From the NCBI GenBank assembly GCA_040954595.2, contig CM082578.2:8603519-8667518 (forward strand): DNA of 64,000 nucleotides. The letters are read 5' to 3'. Source of the DNA: Balanoglossus misakiensis. Lineage: Eukaryota > Animalia > Hemichordata. The notes beneath the pieces were generated by a model, which worked only from the letters and a program-made list of their open reading frames with translations, searched no databases and was not told where the DNA came from. Below are positions 24,428 to 39,800 of this stretch, in pieces (positions within the stretch are counted from its first letter, which is position 1; every line of letters begins with the position of its first letter). A program made the translations under genes and the position numbers.

Positions 24428-27400
24428 CTGTGTGTGTGAAAGAGGACGAAATTACGATGTTTACAAAAATTGTGTTTTTTAGTTAGAATATAAAACTCTT
24501 TCAAAATGCTATCAGCCATGTGAATTTTTTATCACATACCTACATGTACATTATAGGTTAAAAAAACCTATATTTATTAAAGGTACCAAGAATTGACTGA
24601 TACTGTAATAAAACTCAACAGAACCCAAGAAGTATATGCATGCAGTTGATTGTTGTCAACATGGACTGTTACTGGTACATGTACATCAAAACTCCTGCGT
24701 CAATATTTTCACATTCACAACATTACACAACATTTATAAGATCATGAATTACAGCAATATAAAACTGAGAAATTGAGAGTTTGAAAGTATGTATACAATG
24801 TAGTTCCATGCCATAGCAACGGATTTGGCTATACTGACTCGACTGCCAATTAAATGCAGTTGTCGGGGAGGCAACTGCACTGGACCAGCAAGCAGTCAGA
24901 CCAGGTATTCGTCAGCTGCGTTTGCCGCGTTTGAACCCTTCCAGGTGAGTTCTGATTGTGACAACCAGTGACATTATAGAAAGCTACTGGGCATTAGGCT
25001 TTTAGTTCCCCCTTCTGTATTATCACGCATGGTTAATTACCAGGTCGAAGTTCAAATCTGTTCCCTGCACTGGTGTAGTCTACCGATAATACAATATAAT
25101 GTAGACGGTGTGTCTGCTCTGTGGTATGCCGTGCATAGAAGACGCATGGCGTGAATGCGGTCCCTTTTTTGCTGCGGTGTGCACGCTCACATGCTTGGGA
25201 GGAAATCGCGTCTGATTTGGCGATCCTGGCATGTACAGCATATTGCGGTTTCACGCCGTCATTTAGCATAAATTCTGCTGGTCTTTAATTAAGGCACTAT
25301 ACATGTAGGTGCCCGGGAGAGGATGAAACTCGAAGCTCAGGCATCTGGTACATTCCGCAACTACAGAATGTGGAAGCTCTTACAGTGTGCCGCAGAGTGA
25401 ATTTTGGGAATGCCCCTTACCAAAATTCTCTCAAGAAAGCCTCTTAAAAAGTTTGCAGGCATTCCAACATGCTTGTTCACCCACTACTTTTGTATAGTGG
25501 AACTACATGTACCATGTGTCACAGCATGCATGCCAACAATTGAACCTTTCTCACGACCAACTCCATGTATACTTCAATTGCATTAAGATTTTTCCATTTG
25601 CCTTTTTTTCGTGATTAAGTTGTGCATACTATTTTAAAATTTAACTCTAATGTTATGGTGTCTCGGTACTCCCATCTTTCATACTCTATCTGACCCATGA
25701 CATGTCTTCTGCAGTCTGTTTTGAAAATGATGCATGGTCACAACGCCAGCTCCTTTTACAACACCGCAAGTACCAAACATTCAATCAGTTCGGAAACTGA
25801 ATGGACCGACATAGCATCTGCCAAGCTCTTCTCAAAACACCATCTGAATGGACCCAGGTACTTGCAGCCATCTCAAAAACACCATCTGTTTTGGACTTAT
25901 TTCACACAATCCACGCATATCTGAGCAGAGAGACGTGGAGAGACCGGGTCTGGCAAACGAGGGGCAGTGCCCCACTTGAGGAGAAAACTTTCAAACACTC
26001 AACCACTAAACAATTGATCGGCTGCGTTGGTGATCTCATCAAATTTGCATTAACGATGTCAGAACGCAGGCCACATAAACCGCTGCGCACCGTACCAGAT
26101 TTTCCCCCAGGAAACATTATTTCTCATAATAATTCACCGATATTACAGACTGCGACCAGAGAAGAAAAGACCTACTGACACTCAATAGTTTCGCATGAAT
26201 GAATATTAAAGACATTGGGAAATGCTAAAGCAAACAGGTGGTTGTCTGGATTGATATATATGCGCATATTCATAATTCATAACCGGAAAATCCCCCCCCC
26301 CCCCCACACACACACACACAGCTTTTGCGTCGCGGAAGTATCAGTGAGGATTTGAGATCAAATATGCATAAATCTGAATCGTTGACTGATTCTTACATAA
26401 TTAAAATGAAATAAAGCCATGATGTATGACGGCAACTGATGTTTCGAGTCATCATCCGAACACGTCAGAAATATTTGAAAAGTTACAGATGTGCAAAATT
26501 TTCCATGATAGCTGATTCAATTTGAATTAGAAGGGAACAGAGTCACTTTTTTTATAAGGTTGTTACTGTGTGATTGATGAAATACAAATGCTGTCGGTAA
26601 TTCAATGCTGAAAATTGTTTGCCTCAAAAGCAAACTACATGTACCACAGCATATTCTTCGAATGGCACATTTTACACAAGAGGCAGATAACATGAATTTT
26701 TTTTGCAGATATCAACGACCGAACAAAAAATCATTTTTGCAGAAATTGCAAGGTCAGCAGAGCTGCCTGTCAGCGTGTAATTATTGTCTCTTCGATTCAA
26801 TTCCTAGTCATCTTTGGTATTCAAAAAAAAAGAAAATAAGCTCCATGATGACAGAAACATGGGCTAGACAGGCTTGACACTTTCAAAGATTTCAGGCACC
26901 TGTTTTGTATAAAGCTGACAGACAGCCTGGGCTGTAGCCGACTCTTGTGTCTGCATGTGTCGGCTCGCTGATTCAGTTGACATTCACCGACAACAAAGAC
27001 GAAAAACCTTCCCCCGGGCACTGACGTCTCACTGACACGTGTCAGCCCTTGGGGCAAACTTCAAAATCAAAGGAACACCAACAGCTCAACAAGACACCTC
27101 TTCTTATCTGACTTCACTGATCCAAAATCCGCATTTTTCATTTATGGATCAACCTGTATTTTTTTTTACTCAAACAGCATTATTTATTTAGAGCGACTAC
27201 ACCGCGCATTCTACTTTGGGAGAAATATTTAAAATATTCATTCTATTTCTTAGATTTCAGAAAATCTCTTCAAAAATTAATACTGGCAGCTCATCAGCAA
27301 AGCTCCTGTGTGTGGATAAATCTCTTGCAAGCCATACACTGTTTTCATCTTTAAAGTCATATAAACTTTTTCAGAGTTTACTTAGTATAAAAATAAGGTG

Positions 27401-28299
27401 AAAACACTTTTTTTTTAATTGTGATATTAGTATTAGTAACTTCACTCAGTAAATTCCAGCAGAATATAGTCAAAACATAAATTACAGTCCACAATCAATC
27501 AATCTTTATAATCTAAATTTGGGCAATTAGCATCGTAACCATGACTTATACAATACATCGGTCACACAAAAATGGCAAATATTAACACACACAATATTTT
27601 TAAATATGGGACAAAATGAAACAACATGGCAAATGCACACAGGGGGAAAATCAGAAATATCAAATGTTAAAAAGCTAGCTGATTCTATTCAATTGTCCAA
27701 TAGCCCTTAAGGTAGACTGTGCCGCGAAAATAAGTCATAAAATTCCTCTCATGTTTTGCTCAAGGCAACTTTAGGATATTCTCTCTTAAAATTGAAAATA
27801 AAAATTGAGGGTCACCGTGTAAAATTTTGAATGTCACAGCAAAACTGTCCCAAATTTTCTCTAATTTGAACTATAAAATGGCCGCCAATCTCTGTGTCTA
27901 GTCTATGGAGAATAATTAATAATTGGAACATCAGAAAAAATCAAAATAATGTAAAAAGTTAATGACTGTGTCCCTTTAAAATTCCATGACTTTTGAAATG
28001 GCTTTTCCGTCAATGTGAAAGCAATGAATCCACAAACGCACCAAATTCAGGGAGCATGTGCAGTGTGTGTTTTTCTTTTCAACACTACTTCTCATGGGTA
28101 ATCGTTCTGCTAGAATATACACACACTGTCTGGATCAATTTTCTCAGAACTACATGCGTCGTAATTGACTGAATTGAATAATTCTTCCAAGAGTAAAAAT
28201 TAAAATGCCAGAAATTCCCTGGACTGTATTAGCCCTCCAAACCTATTAGTCAAGAAAACATACATGCTGGCAGATTTTAAACGACCCCCATTAATTTAA

Positions 28300-28386
28300 C
28301 CCTCTCATCCCCAAATACCCTATGGTGAGGTCCACCCATGCCATTAAAGACAATAGGGTTAGAACCAACAAACACTGGTTATAGGG
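28300..28386 (-). mobile_element. TTAA-MITE copy B (diverged)
   Basis: TTAA-CCCTCTCATCCCC...ATAGGG-TTAA. Internal ggtccaccc..acaatagggttagaacc is the reverse orientation of copy A. Confidence 0.7.
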
Positions 28387-31300
28387 TTAATAGAATAGCC
28401 CCTGGAAAAAAATTGTCATTTATCAAGGCAGTTTGATAAAACAGTGAATTCCAAAGTGGCATATGATCAATCTTTGGGCAAATGATGAGAGTGGCTTCTG
28501 AATTAAATTCTAGATTAATACATGTATGTATTGCCTCTTTAGAAATCTCAAGTCGTTTTTTTCTTTCTCTTTTACTGAAAGAAACTAGCTTAACTGTTTA
28601 ATACACCATTTGTTGTTAATGCAAACAAACCTGAAAACAGTGCCATAATGATAAAGTTTCGGATACAAAGCGTGAGATCAGGTGCATGCATCACGCACAC
28701 TCAGTTAAAAATCATCATCTTGTGGAGATCAAACACTATAGCCAGATATTACAGGTGTTCTGTTGACACTTGCCTACAATAAAATAAGCAAACCATGAGT
28801 TTTCCAATTTTTGTTTCTTTTTATTAACTAAATTCCAACAGCCAGATGTTTAACGTCCAAACTGTTACAACTGGTGGACAACATGTTTGTATAATTTAAG
28901 CCACAAGCAAGATGATTTTCTTTGAGTGGCAGTGTCACCATAGGTAACAATTATACTGCCACGAGATCAAAAGGACTGATACGAAAGGGGAGACTCGCGA
29001 TAAAAAAACTCTGCCACTGAGTGTCAGTCGCACAATTCTTGTCTGTTTCACCCGCTGACAGACAGCACCGCGCCGTGTCACTGAAAGCACGCTGTTTATC
29101 ATCGCAAACGGCGGACATTAGTGAATGAAGATAGCCTCTATTAAAGGGGATTAAAGGTGTATTTGAGCTTACACACGTCGCAGAATGGCCACTATTGAAC
29201 GGGCACCGATACTCAACACGCTAAAACGGCACTTGGGGGAGGCCGTGCTGAGTCAAGTATTAAATTTGATTAGTCATCATGTAGTTAGTATTGTTGGCAA
29301 AAGAGTAAGCCCCCATGCTGACAAGGCTTCTTCACCGCAAAAAGAAACAAATCAGGCATGGCTTAATTCAAATGGAGAGAGAAATCTGTGACTCATTGAT
29401 TTTCGAATATGATGGAAGGTGAGCTCATCATTTGGCTGGATGAATTATCCTTCCCCCCCCCCCCCCCCCCAATTTTTTTCTGGCAGGGAAACAGGGAAAG
29501 GGGGGAGTTCAGTATGCGTGTCAGATTGTCTGGAAGTACGCATTAACGAGTTAGTTTTATTGGAAAGAAGGCACATGATACACTGTGATGGAAGTTCATA
29601 AAATGAATGTACGTGTGATGATGCACTGTACGTTGTCTGTCTGATTTGGTGTTGTATGCTGCTCACAGTTGGAATTCATTACTCACTCGTCCGATATTCC
29701 CAAAAGACCAGACCTTGTGGGGTTAGAAAATGCCCCACAATAACAATTTTTTATCATGTAAACATATACTGGAGGTGCAAATGCAGAAACCATTTCCGTG
29801 TGGCGCGGTTTAGGCAAGTTGAACCGATTTTCTTTTCAGCTACCTTTTTTATACTGCTTCCTCGCTCATATTAAATACAGGCCCTTTAGAGCAAATGACA
29901 TCATACATGTATCTATTACTGTTTTGAGAGGAATCCGTAAACAAAAGGAAGTGAGTCCTACCTTTGTGACTAACTAAACTCACAGGGTCATGCATATGTC
30001 AGTAAATTAAATCACAATAATTAAAGTGCCATGAATCACCCAGAGATGTGTTCAATCTCTGTGGAACCAAATTCATCAAGTATATTGCCGTCTACATTCT
30101 GCTTTCTAATTATATGGGTAGACATGTACAGCTCGGCATTTATTTTGTTTTTGCTTGTACATACAATCAGCGGTCCCGTCTGTGTACAGGTCAAACATGT
30201 ATTTATACATTCACAGTTTTTCTGTGGTCAGTGTCTTAAAGGTACATGTATATACAGTCACCTCCAATTTACATACGCCCACATATGGCTGGAATAGGGT
30301 ATTTGAGCATTTTAAAGAACATATTGTGGCGCTCTTTTTTCGCGTGTGCCACCCACTGAAAATCTGTGATTGGCTAGATCTCAATTTGCCATGGTAACTA
30401 TAGCTAATTTTCCATAGATGATACCTTTAAATTCTACATCTGTCTTGGACAGCTAGACTGTAGTGTAACATAGAATGCATACATGCCGAACACTTCCAGC
30501 ACTTTTGACTTTTGTGATTGTCTGAAGAAAAACATATCACAGACTGTCGACGTCTCCACACGCTTTTCCAACTGATAAAAATTTCAGATTGGAAAGAGAA
30601 AAGCGCTAAATTAATCAACGGACGTAAAAGCGTATGTCGGTGTACCTGCAGGAGGTGTTTCGATCAGCACGATGTGTCTATACATTGTATATATCCACCC
30701 GGCGCAAAAGTCTGCCCATTTAGTCACTTACATACATGGAAGGCTACGGCCGCTCTAGCAGAAAATGACGGGTATTTCACTAAGAGGATATAATATCAAG
30801 CCTGTAACTAGTTGCAAAATTGACAATTATCGAAACACAAATGAACCGTGCGAGACACCAAGCCCTGATTTTTAACAAATATTCCAGTCCAGCGAATATA
30901 ATGAATAGAATACGGCTCAAAAGATTTTCCTTCAGCCTGATCCGCGCCGTCTTACGTTTTTTAGTCTCGGGACTTTGTCAAACTCAATAAGATGTAAAAT
31001 ACATACTATTAGAAGAACAGGGGGCAATCAGATTAAACTGAGGAGAACCTTAAATGTAGTCAATTTCAAAAGCCGCTGGCTATCCCCCTCCGAAGAAAAC
31101 ACATCTCCCGGGCATCATTGCTCGCCAGATTTAAGACATGTGCACGAAATTTGACGTTTTGATCTTTCGGGGATCGGCCAGCTAATCTACTAATTAGTCT
31201 TGCCTTTATCCGTTTGCTTGACATCACACTAACACTGTCTGATTACTAATTGACCCCGGTATTGGCTTGACCTTTCTCCTCTCTGTGCGCTGCAGACAGC

Positions 31301-33205
31301 GACTGCGATCGTGCATGCACGGTCTTCGTGTGTGCGGTACTGCATCTCTCTTTAGCTCGAACAGTCACGCAAAACGATCACTTTTTGATTGTAGTGTCGT
31401 TCTGTAAAGGAACAGAAAATGGCACCACGGTCGCCGTGCACAGCTTGTTGATTGTTATTTGATGCGATATTTTCTCGCTACATTACCCGGGAATGTGCTT
31501 CCCCCGGTCTAAAGCTGAAACTGTGATGAGATGAGAGCTAAAATGTATAAAGTCATATCGTGGTTCATAAATAACCAACCCAGAAAATGACTCACGATTC
31601 GAGAGGAGGGAAAATCTTTTCACACAAAGTGGATACATTGGGGGAACGTGGAAAATTTCATAATAACTTGTAAGATTTCTAGCCGTGAGGTTGATCAAAA
31701 TGTCTTACAAGATTGCTATAAATATTTCTTGATGTGTGCAAACAACTCTGAATGCGATACAAACAAGTTTGCATCTGATGCACCGCAAAAAAAAGAGGGG
31801 AAAAACTCCCCACAACTTTGCAGAATGATGTGCCACTGGTCATGAAGTCTCACACAAACCGACTGGATGTGCGAGAAAGCTTCTTCTCACAATACAGCAA
31901 ATTGCACCTTGCAGGCATCGGCACATGTGCATAGGCGGGTACTTCAAAGAGCTTTCTTGCAGGGGAACCTTGTTACACAACAAATGTTCATCACCTGAAT
32001 CCCGCTAAACAATTCAGATGGCTTTATTTCACACAGATACTACGCACCTTTCTTAAGTTCCATTTTTTCTATTCAGAATCAAGGAATACAGCATATTTCT
32101 TTCTTTTTTTTTGTATATCATCCTGAAAATTCCACTTTTGTTTTCAAAACCAGTTTCGAATCATTCAAATACTGCAAGAGCTAAAATCCACAAAAGGTTT
32201 CTGAGAAAAGTTTCATCAAAAATGGAAGAAAAAAACACATGCAGAGGAGGCAGTGATGAAAAGCAGTATCTTTGTTCATGCAGGCATCAAGCTTTTAACT
32301 GAAAACTCACAACTGCAGCGATACATTGTATGTTCATAACAATTTCTGACACTCCACTATCTTTCCAAGTGAAACTACCATTCTGTCCAGACTGTATAGT
32401 GTGTTGCCATCTAAGGCTGCCTTCACTTGTGTACCGCGCACAGCAGTGTTTTCCATTTAAAAAAATCCAGTCCCCTCCTAAATTGAGCTCGTAGCCCCTG
32501 ATAACACAATGCCGCTGTTTTCTACTTTGCATTACAGAGTGATTACCTCTGAGTTTTATGGCCATGTCTGGACCCTAGCCCCGCACGCCATGATTACGAA
32601 TTAACCTATCAGGTAATTTTAACTTCAATTTGACTAAAAGAAGATTGGGTAATTTGAGCAAGTGTATTTCTCGTTTAATCTGCGGCCCTCTGCACATGTG
32701 ATCTCTGTTTGCATCATCCCTGTGTCTCAACGCATTGTAGTACTTGATGAAACAAGAAATTTGAGTCACTTCGGTGTCGCTGATGAAATGAAATGGGATT
32801 AGGCTTATTGACCCTGTCAAATAAATTCAGCAGCTTCCACAATGGCTGACAACGCTAAATGGAACACTCTCCGAGAGTCAAAGTGTTTAAGAAGTATTTG
32901 ACTTGTTGGCCACAGTAGGCAGGAATCTCTCTCCCTGTCCAAATGGCTGTTACGTCTGTCAGGATAATGATAGTGGCAACATCTCCACTGAAATTAAGTT
33001 TTACTTTTTGGGGGTTGGACTATGGCAAGAATTCAACAACAAACCTAGTGGAAGGGAAAAGAGATGCATAGATATGTGTCTTTGTATGCTGCTTATGGAG
33101 AATAATTTGATATGAACTAATTTGCATAAAAATGAATGCATGCAACAAGGTGGGACACTAATACACTGTTATCTGTTGAACATGGCATATTGCTGTAGTT
33201 GCATC

Positions 33206-33349
33206 CACCATCACCATCATCATCATCACCGTCATCATCATCGTCATCACCATCATCATCTCCATCACCATCATCATCATCATCACCATCACCATCATCA
33301 TCACCATCATCATCATCACCATCACCACCATCATCATCATCATCATCAC
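33206..33349. repeat. (CAT/CAC)n trinucleotide microsatellite in intron 3
   Basis: About 48 imperfect CAT/CAC/CGT units. Explains the poly-H/S/D/M ORFs in the track. Confidence 0.95.
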
Positions 33350-36300
33350 TCCCAACCCAGATAGAAGAGAAAAAAGTGCCATTCAACCTAACTGCATTCA
33401 TGAAAGATTAATGAGAGGCTGTTGAGTTCAATTTCACACTTAAATCCACAGGAAGACAGCCAGCTAGCCGGACAAGGGGTGAACACACATATCCACCGAC
33501 TAGATTGGATTGAGACATGGCAACCCCCACAAGCGCGCGACTGATCGCCTTCCTGATGGCATATCAATTACACTCTCAGGTGTTTCTTCCCCCTTCACAA
33601 TACAGGCACCTGTGAAGTTGCTATTTCCTCAATTTGTGCTGCCGAGGTATCACCGTCATCAAGAGACTGCTGGCCGATGATTTGCATCTCTCAGTCAGTG
33701 TAGATGATTAGGCCGGGTATTCATAAAGGATATTTCTAAAACTCGGACAACAATGCTTTAGTGCGTGTAGTAGTGTGTGTTCTGATCTATCAACTGCTTT
33801 GTCAGTCTCCTCCTTGAAGTGTAAATGCCCAGTGCCCTGCTTTGTTAGAGAAAGAGGGCAAAATCGAAATAAAATCATTCCACCTCTTCTTATTGAATGA
33901 GATAACTCGTAAAGTCTTTTAACCTGTAGGTTAACTCACTGAAGATTTACAATTCTGGGTGAACCAGAGTTGATACGGTAAGGATATACAGTGCAGTTTT
34001 TTTTCTATGATACCCTAACCTTGAATTATTTCATGTAATTAATTTTATCATTATAATTTCACTACAAACAAAAAGGAAGCAAGCATTCTCAGTAAATATT
34101 TCCACCACAATATAAGAGTCACAAGTTGATGAGAATACATGCATTTTCAACTGATTGAGTATTTCAAGCGATCCCACCAGTATTTTACAGAGTAAGGTGA
34201 CTGACTCAGTCACCGGGAAGGTCAGAAAAGCTGCAAACGGGAGTATATCACCACATCCAAAGGCGATCCCTGTAAAAAATTACTTGCTTTATCGACAGTG
34301 ACACGGGATCAGTAAACGTGCCCGCAACATCCAAAATTAATTTTCATCAAGCATGGCACGGCTTCTGACATTCCGTGGATTTCCCTGGTGGAATGCCTTT
34401 CCCGTACACCTGTACGACGACGTGCGGAATGAAAGCGAGACCATTTATAACGCGGTGTACCCTAATAACTCTAATTTTCGTGCTGACATGGCATTCCTAT
34501 TATTTCATATTAACCTTTTCTCACATTCGGCTAAAGAGAAAATATGGGGGTGACGTTTCTCTCTCGAGCCTCTCTGCATGCGCCGTGCTGGAATTTTCTC
34601 CACGTCGTTGACAGCTAATTTATTTTCTTGATGGGTCTTTTTTTTTTTTACAACCGTTCTTAATTTTGCTGCACGGACGGGCATCCTGGATGGATGGCGC
34701 ATACACAGAGAACCTGGCGTTGAGGAACGGACAAACAACCTGAAGATGCCATCAATCATTGGCCAGAACAGGAAATCAAAGCCGCACAGAGAATGAGCCT
34801 GCGGTTCATCAACCAATAAATTTTCAACGGATGGAGTTTTGAACGGCTTCGTGTGACACGTGATTAGTTGTTAACGTTAATCACACGGAAAGCTGATAAT
34901 GCGGAGAGTACTCCGTGCGCTCATTGGTATGGCGGAGCCATTGCGCTCTCCCCGCAGAGCGATTATTACGAATCGAAAGCCCAAGCTGCAACTTTTATAA
35001 GTTTCTACGACACCTGCTTCTCGACATTGGGGTGAAATTAACAGGTGTGCTGAGGGGCTCCTTTCAGAGTCTCTAAGCAAATTGACATTTTGTTGTGATC
35101 ATCAGGAAGCATTAGTGATTTTTTGAAATGTCACCAAAAGTATACATGTTGACTGACGCTTTGTTCTCAGCCAATGAACACTAAACTTCATATCCTACAT
35201 GTGTATATCAAAGTAAAAATCTGGCTGACAGAGGATATAAAATAATTGACCAAGGGTCGGAAAAGTATTAAACCCTGAGACACTCTGAAGAAATTGTAGT
35301 TCGCAAATTAAAGTCATTAAATTTTGATATTTTTTCTGTTACAAAGTTTCAGAATGACCTAGTATCACTCTAGCTTATGAACTTCCATACCTAAAATATG
35401 GCAAAAACTGGACATCTTGAAATTGTTTCGACCATATGAGAGTTTCATTACTAACCTAGGTAGCAAAAACCTATTTAAGGTAGGGAAAATTGCTATGGAC
35501 TGGTACAATGAAGTGCGTACATGCAGTGGGTAAACTACATGTATCAGTGCATGCTTGCAAGACGCAGCCAACATTACCTTAAGTGCAATGTTTATCTGAT
35601 TTCAGTATACTGTACGCAAACACTGTCTGTCGGCCCTGTGTTTGCGAAGACCAGAGGATCTTACACTTTCCTGATGCAATTCCGCCTGTTTAATGCACGT
35701 GAAACGGCAAAAGAGTGTTTGCTGAGAAGAATGTACCGTTTGGACTGTTTTATCCACTTTAGGCACACGTCTGTGTCATATTTACCCAGAACGGTGATAA
35801 AAGCTGTTTGTAGTAGCGATAACTCACACAAAAGTAGACACATGGACTGCCAACGGATCTGAATACACCCATTTCTGTAATAACCGATGCTAAAACCTAT
35901 CAATTAGTGGCTAAAAATTGGCAATTAGTAGCGTTGGGTATAAAAAAGTCCATTACTATGTAAATTTGCACGATATGCGAGGATTTGCAGAACATCTCTT
36001 TTTTTAATGAATGAGTGATAACATCATGACAAATCATAAATCATTCCCGGCTTGAGATTTTGTTGTTAGTCATGTCAAATTAGATATTTTTTTTTTCGCT
36101 CCGTGTCTGTGTGTTCTGAAGATGACAGTTTGCCCACGCTTTTTTTGTTTTGCCCTCTCCTGTCCTTACCCAAGTCATGTCTGAAGCTACAGATGTAGAC
36201 ACCGAGATATCCCACAATTCCATCTGACTCGCGTCTCCAACTGCGGCACGGCAATTCAAGACACAGAACCCACACCCCCTAGCCCTTTTTGATATTTTGG

Positions 36301-36809
36301 AATGTTTGACTTTTGAACTGGTGAGCACGGTTGTCCGAGTTATGAGTTGCACAGAGAACTCTCAAGGAGAGTTGAAGAAACCATGACAACGATAAAAGCA
36401 TGCCAAAGAAAATCAATGTGCAAGACACGTGACGCGTACTTTCACCCCCTCGGTTGTTCTGATTTCACTTTGAAAAGTACAGAATGTCTAGTAGCTGCAT
36501 TTTTCAAAAATATGTCAAGATAAAACACTTTCTTCAAGTAGAAAAACGTCTGTGCACACGAATCAGGTGGCATTGTGGGTAATTCCACTTGCTGTTCAAT
36601 GCAAGTTGAATGCAATAAGACGTCATGTCACATCGTCACAAATATTCTTCAAAAAATTTCACAGCAGACAGTTCGTAAGTCAGTTAAGGACGACTATACT
36701 GACAACATCAGCGTCAGTGAAAACATTTGTTAGATCTATATAAACACAAGTAGAACTGTATAAAAGGGGATCGGCTGAATTTTGGATAGCTTTCCTCTAT
36801 GATATTATA

Positions 36810-36895
36810 CCCCCCCCCCCCCATTTTCACGTTGTGTTGGTCCAACTTTAACATAGAAAACAGTGGATTTGGACCAAACCATACTAATGGCAGGG
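36810..36895 (-). mobile_element. TTAA-MITE copy C (ends eroded)
   Basis: Core gtccaactttaacatagaaaacagtggatttggaccaaac is the reverse complement of the copy A core. Confidence 0.7.
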
Positions 36896-39800
36896 TTAGC
36901 ACCCATAGCAAAAATGTGCTAACCGGGGAAGCACATTAACCTGGAAACATTTTATATGAGTACACAGCCTGTCTGAGTGTGTGAGCATGAAAATGATGAC
37001 AGGATCCAGAATGATCAAAGGGTTTATCTTGTAATGTGGTGCTTATTCAATGTTTTGATAACAGACGGTACTTCAGAAATTCTTTCACAGCCATAAATTA
37101 TTCTCCAAAATTGACACTTGCTATCGTACTTTTCAATAATTGAAAACTTTAACAGGAAAAGTTTTAGTATTATTTTAGAAATAAGTAATAAACTGCAGAT
37201 CTCATTTAAATACCACCTGCTTCATACTGAATGGATCACAGTGGAGGGAGAAAAAAGTAAGGCCATTGTCACATTTTGCTCGGTAAACTTGCAAGTATTG
37301 TCATTTCTTTTAATTGAGGGAAATAGGATTCTCCTTTGAAAGTATAATAACAAATATTTAATAAAATATAGGGGTCACCGTGCTTGTTTTTTAAATTCAA
37401 GAGATACCATAATCCCCCCCCCCCACTTCCCCCAGATGTTACTGCTGCAAAACAATTGGACCCATTTTTCACTTTTTTTCAATCTTTCACTGTCCTCAAA
37501 AGAATTCAGATATGGCCCGTGTTCACCTGCAGTACGGTTGTTTCCAGTCTGGGTGATTGATGTTAGCAAAACAGCTGTCAATATACAACTGGGCATTAGA
37601 ATTTAAAAAACATGATTTACTATTGGGGCTTTGTTTTCAACTGAACATACATACATATATACATTTATGTTTTTCTTTTGTTCTCAAACGGTACTCTTAT
37701 TAATCACCGGATGTAGTACAATGAAATACAATAACAATTACTCCATCAGGATTATTTTCGCTGAGTGGTTTATGATTGTAAATTCAAGAGAGACACAAAA
37801 CTGAATTTGTTTTTAAGGAAACCATCATTCTCTGAGTCAGAGTTTTAGCTCAGGATAGCATACATGCAGCAGAGACATGTGGGAGTGTCAGCTCCTGGAC
37901 CAATTGAAGCTGAATCGAAATTTTGTGGATGCACCACTAATAAATACACTTCCCTCGTTTCTTTGTTGTTGTGTTTCTTTCTCTTATTTATGTTCACATT
38001 ACACACATGGTAAATCCATATCCAGAGAGTGTACAGTGTATTCCAGAAAAAAGACAGATTTCTAAGAAATCGTCGATTGTATAACTTTTTGTCAGAAAAG
38101 GATGCTTGACGCGACACAAAAAAAAAGGCAGAGTGGAGAGTACAGCACATGGATTAAGTGCCCAGGGTGTGAATAATGCTGGTGTTTAATTCCTAGAAAT
38201 ATGATATCAGGATTTCAGTACATTAAATTTTTCATGATGAACCCCCCAAAATCCAGGTCGCATAAAAGTACATGTAGATCATCGTGCCCAGACTGTTGTC
38301 TGAGATTGCCGCGTCCTCAACATGGAGTCAACCATTTGGGATTTTTGATCTCCAATTACTACTTCGTGTACCCGCTGAGGAAAACACAGTCTTCACACAC
38401 ACACACAAAACCACAAAAATATATGAGTGGGCTAGTTTATGTCAACGAAAATATTGATTTCAACGGACACCCATAATACTACAGACGGCTATTTCACTGT
38501 GAAACACACTCTAAAATGAAATGTATATTTTTTGTAAAGCTGTCCTCGACAATATTTCCAAAAAAAAGCTGATTTATGAAATTTATACTTTGCAGTCATG
38601 TGGCCAAGATCTCCCTCATCATTCAAAATTGATCATATCGTACGCCTTTAACCAGCACGCCTATATCATGCAATCTCTTCATCAATTATTTAAACTTCTC
38701 CGCAGAAATCCCATTACAATAAGCTTTGGATGCTAGTAAAAAAAGTTATAGTGAGCATTTTTCGTCATAAAGTTGTACATTCCCGTGATTGCGACTGCAC
38801 CTCGGGTACAGACTGATGCCCATCGCAGTTTCTGCAGCAGTATTTCAAACAATCGCCCGACAGACAAGCATAGTCACAGATATGACTTCCGTGACGGTAA
38901 AAATGGCAGATAATTTTTTTCGTTGTTGCCTGAAATGAGATTTTAATATTTGATTTTGCGCATTCATGCATTTTTGATGGCCATCACCACAAGAAATAAA
39001 TCTGAAGGAAAATGATCCCTTGGAGCACAGTGTCTGTATCCATCCTGCGTCAAACAAGTAGTGTACGTGAAATTTTGCACAAAATGGCGGAACAGTGTAT
39101 TTCTGAATTCCATAAAAATTATGACAAATTAATAATGAACTTGAACTATGATAAAATACAAAACATTCCAAGTCTGAAATGAGATTGAGACAATAGAGGC
39201 TAATATACCTGGTCTGTCAGTAAACTGTACATACATGTCAGAATTATATTGTTACACTAGCATTTCTGGAAGAGAATCTGTTGCTAATTCACACTGACAT
39301 ACAACTTTGGCCTACAAGCACTACATGGTACTCGTCGTCCTAACGATATAACAAATTAAATCAGCTCAGAGATACAATTGTATTTGTGCAATGGCTATGG
39401 AAGGATATTGTACCAGTAGATACAGTGTACATATAGACAGACAGAACTCCAATGCCCAGGACAGACTTCTTGTTTCTTTGGCTGACATTCTTTTGTCAGG
39501 GCAAAAACTGTGAACTAATTGACATTTCACATGTTAAGCATCGTTGATGCCATTTCTACTATAATTACTGTGACATGTGAAAAGAATTACGAGATATAAT
39601 TGCATGGTGGAGTTTTGTGCTCTTCAAATCACTCTGGAGATCAGGGGATATACTGGGGGTAATTAGAAGCACCAAGCTGCAAATGTGTCAACTTATAAAT
39701 TTCTGTCAAAAAGAATTTGTCTCGAGGTCAATTTGTAAAAGATCATTAGAACTAACAACAGTACACATGTATCATACATGTAGCTGTATTGTATTGAACC

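Noticed and set aside
28442-28464. Partial resemblance to miR-183
   Set aside because: Seed mismatch and no complementary star arm.
33117-33411. Poly-His / poly-Asp / poly-Ser / poly-Met ORFs
   Set aside because: These are translations of a (CAT/CAC)n microsatellite inside intron 3, with no splice or coding context.
36900-36930. 15-nt match (minus strand TAGCACATTTTTGCT) to the 3' part of miR-96 as remembered
   Set aside because: The seed region is absent and the local stem (ggttagcac/gtgctaacc) is too short for a pre-miRNA. It abuts a MITE end.
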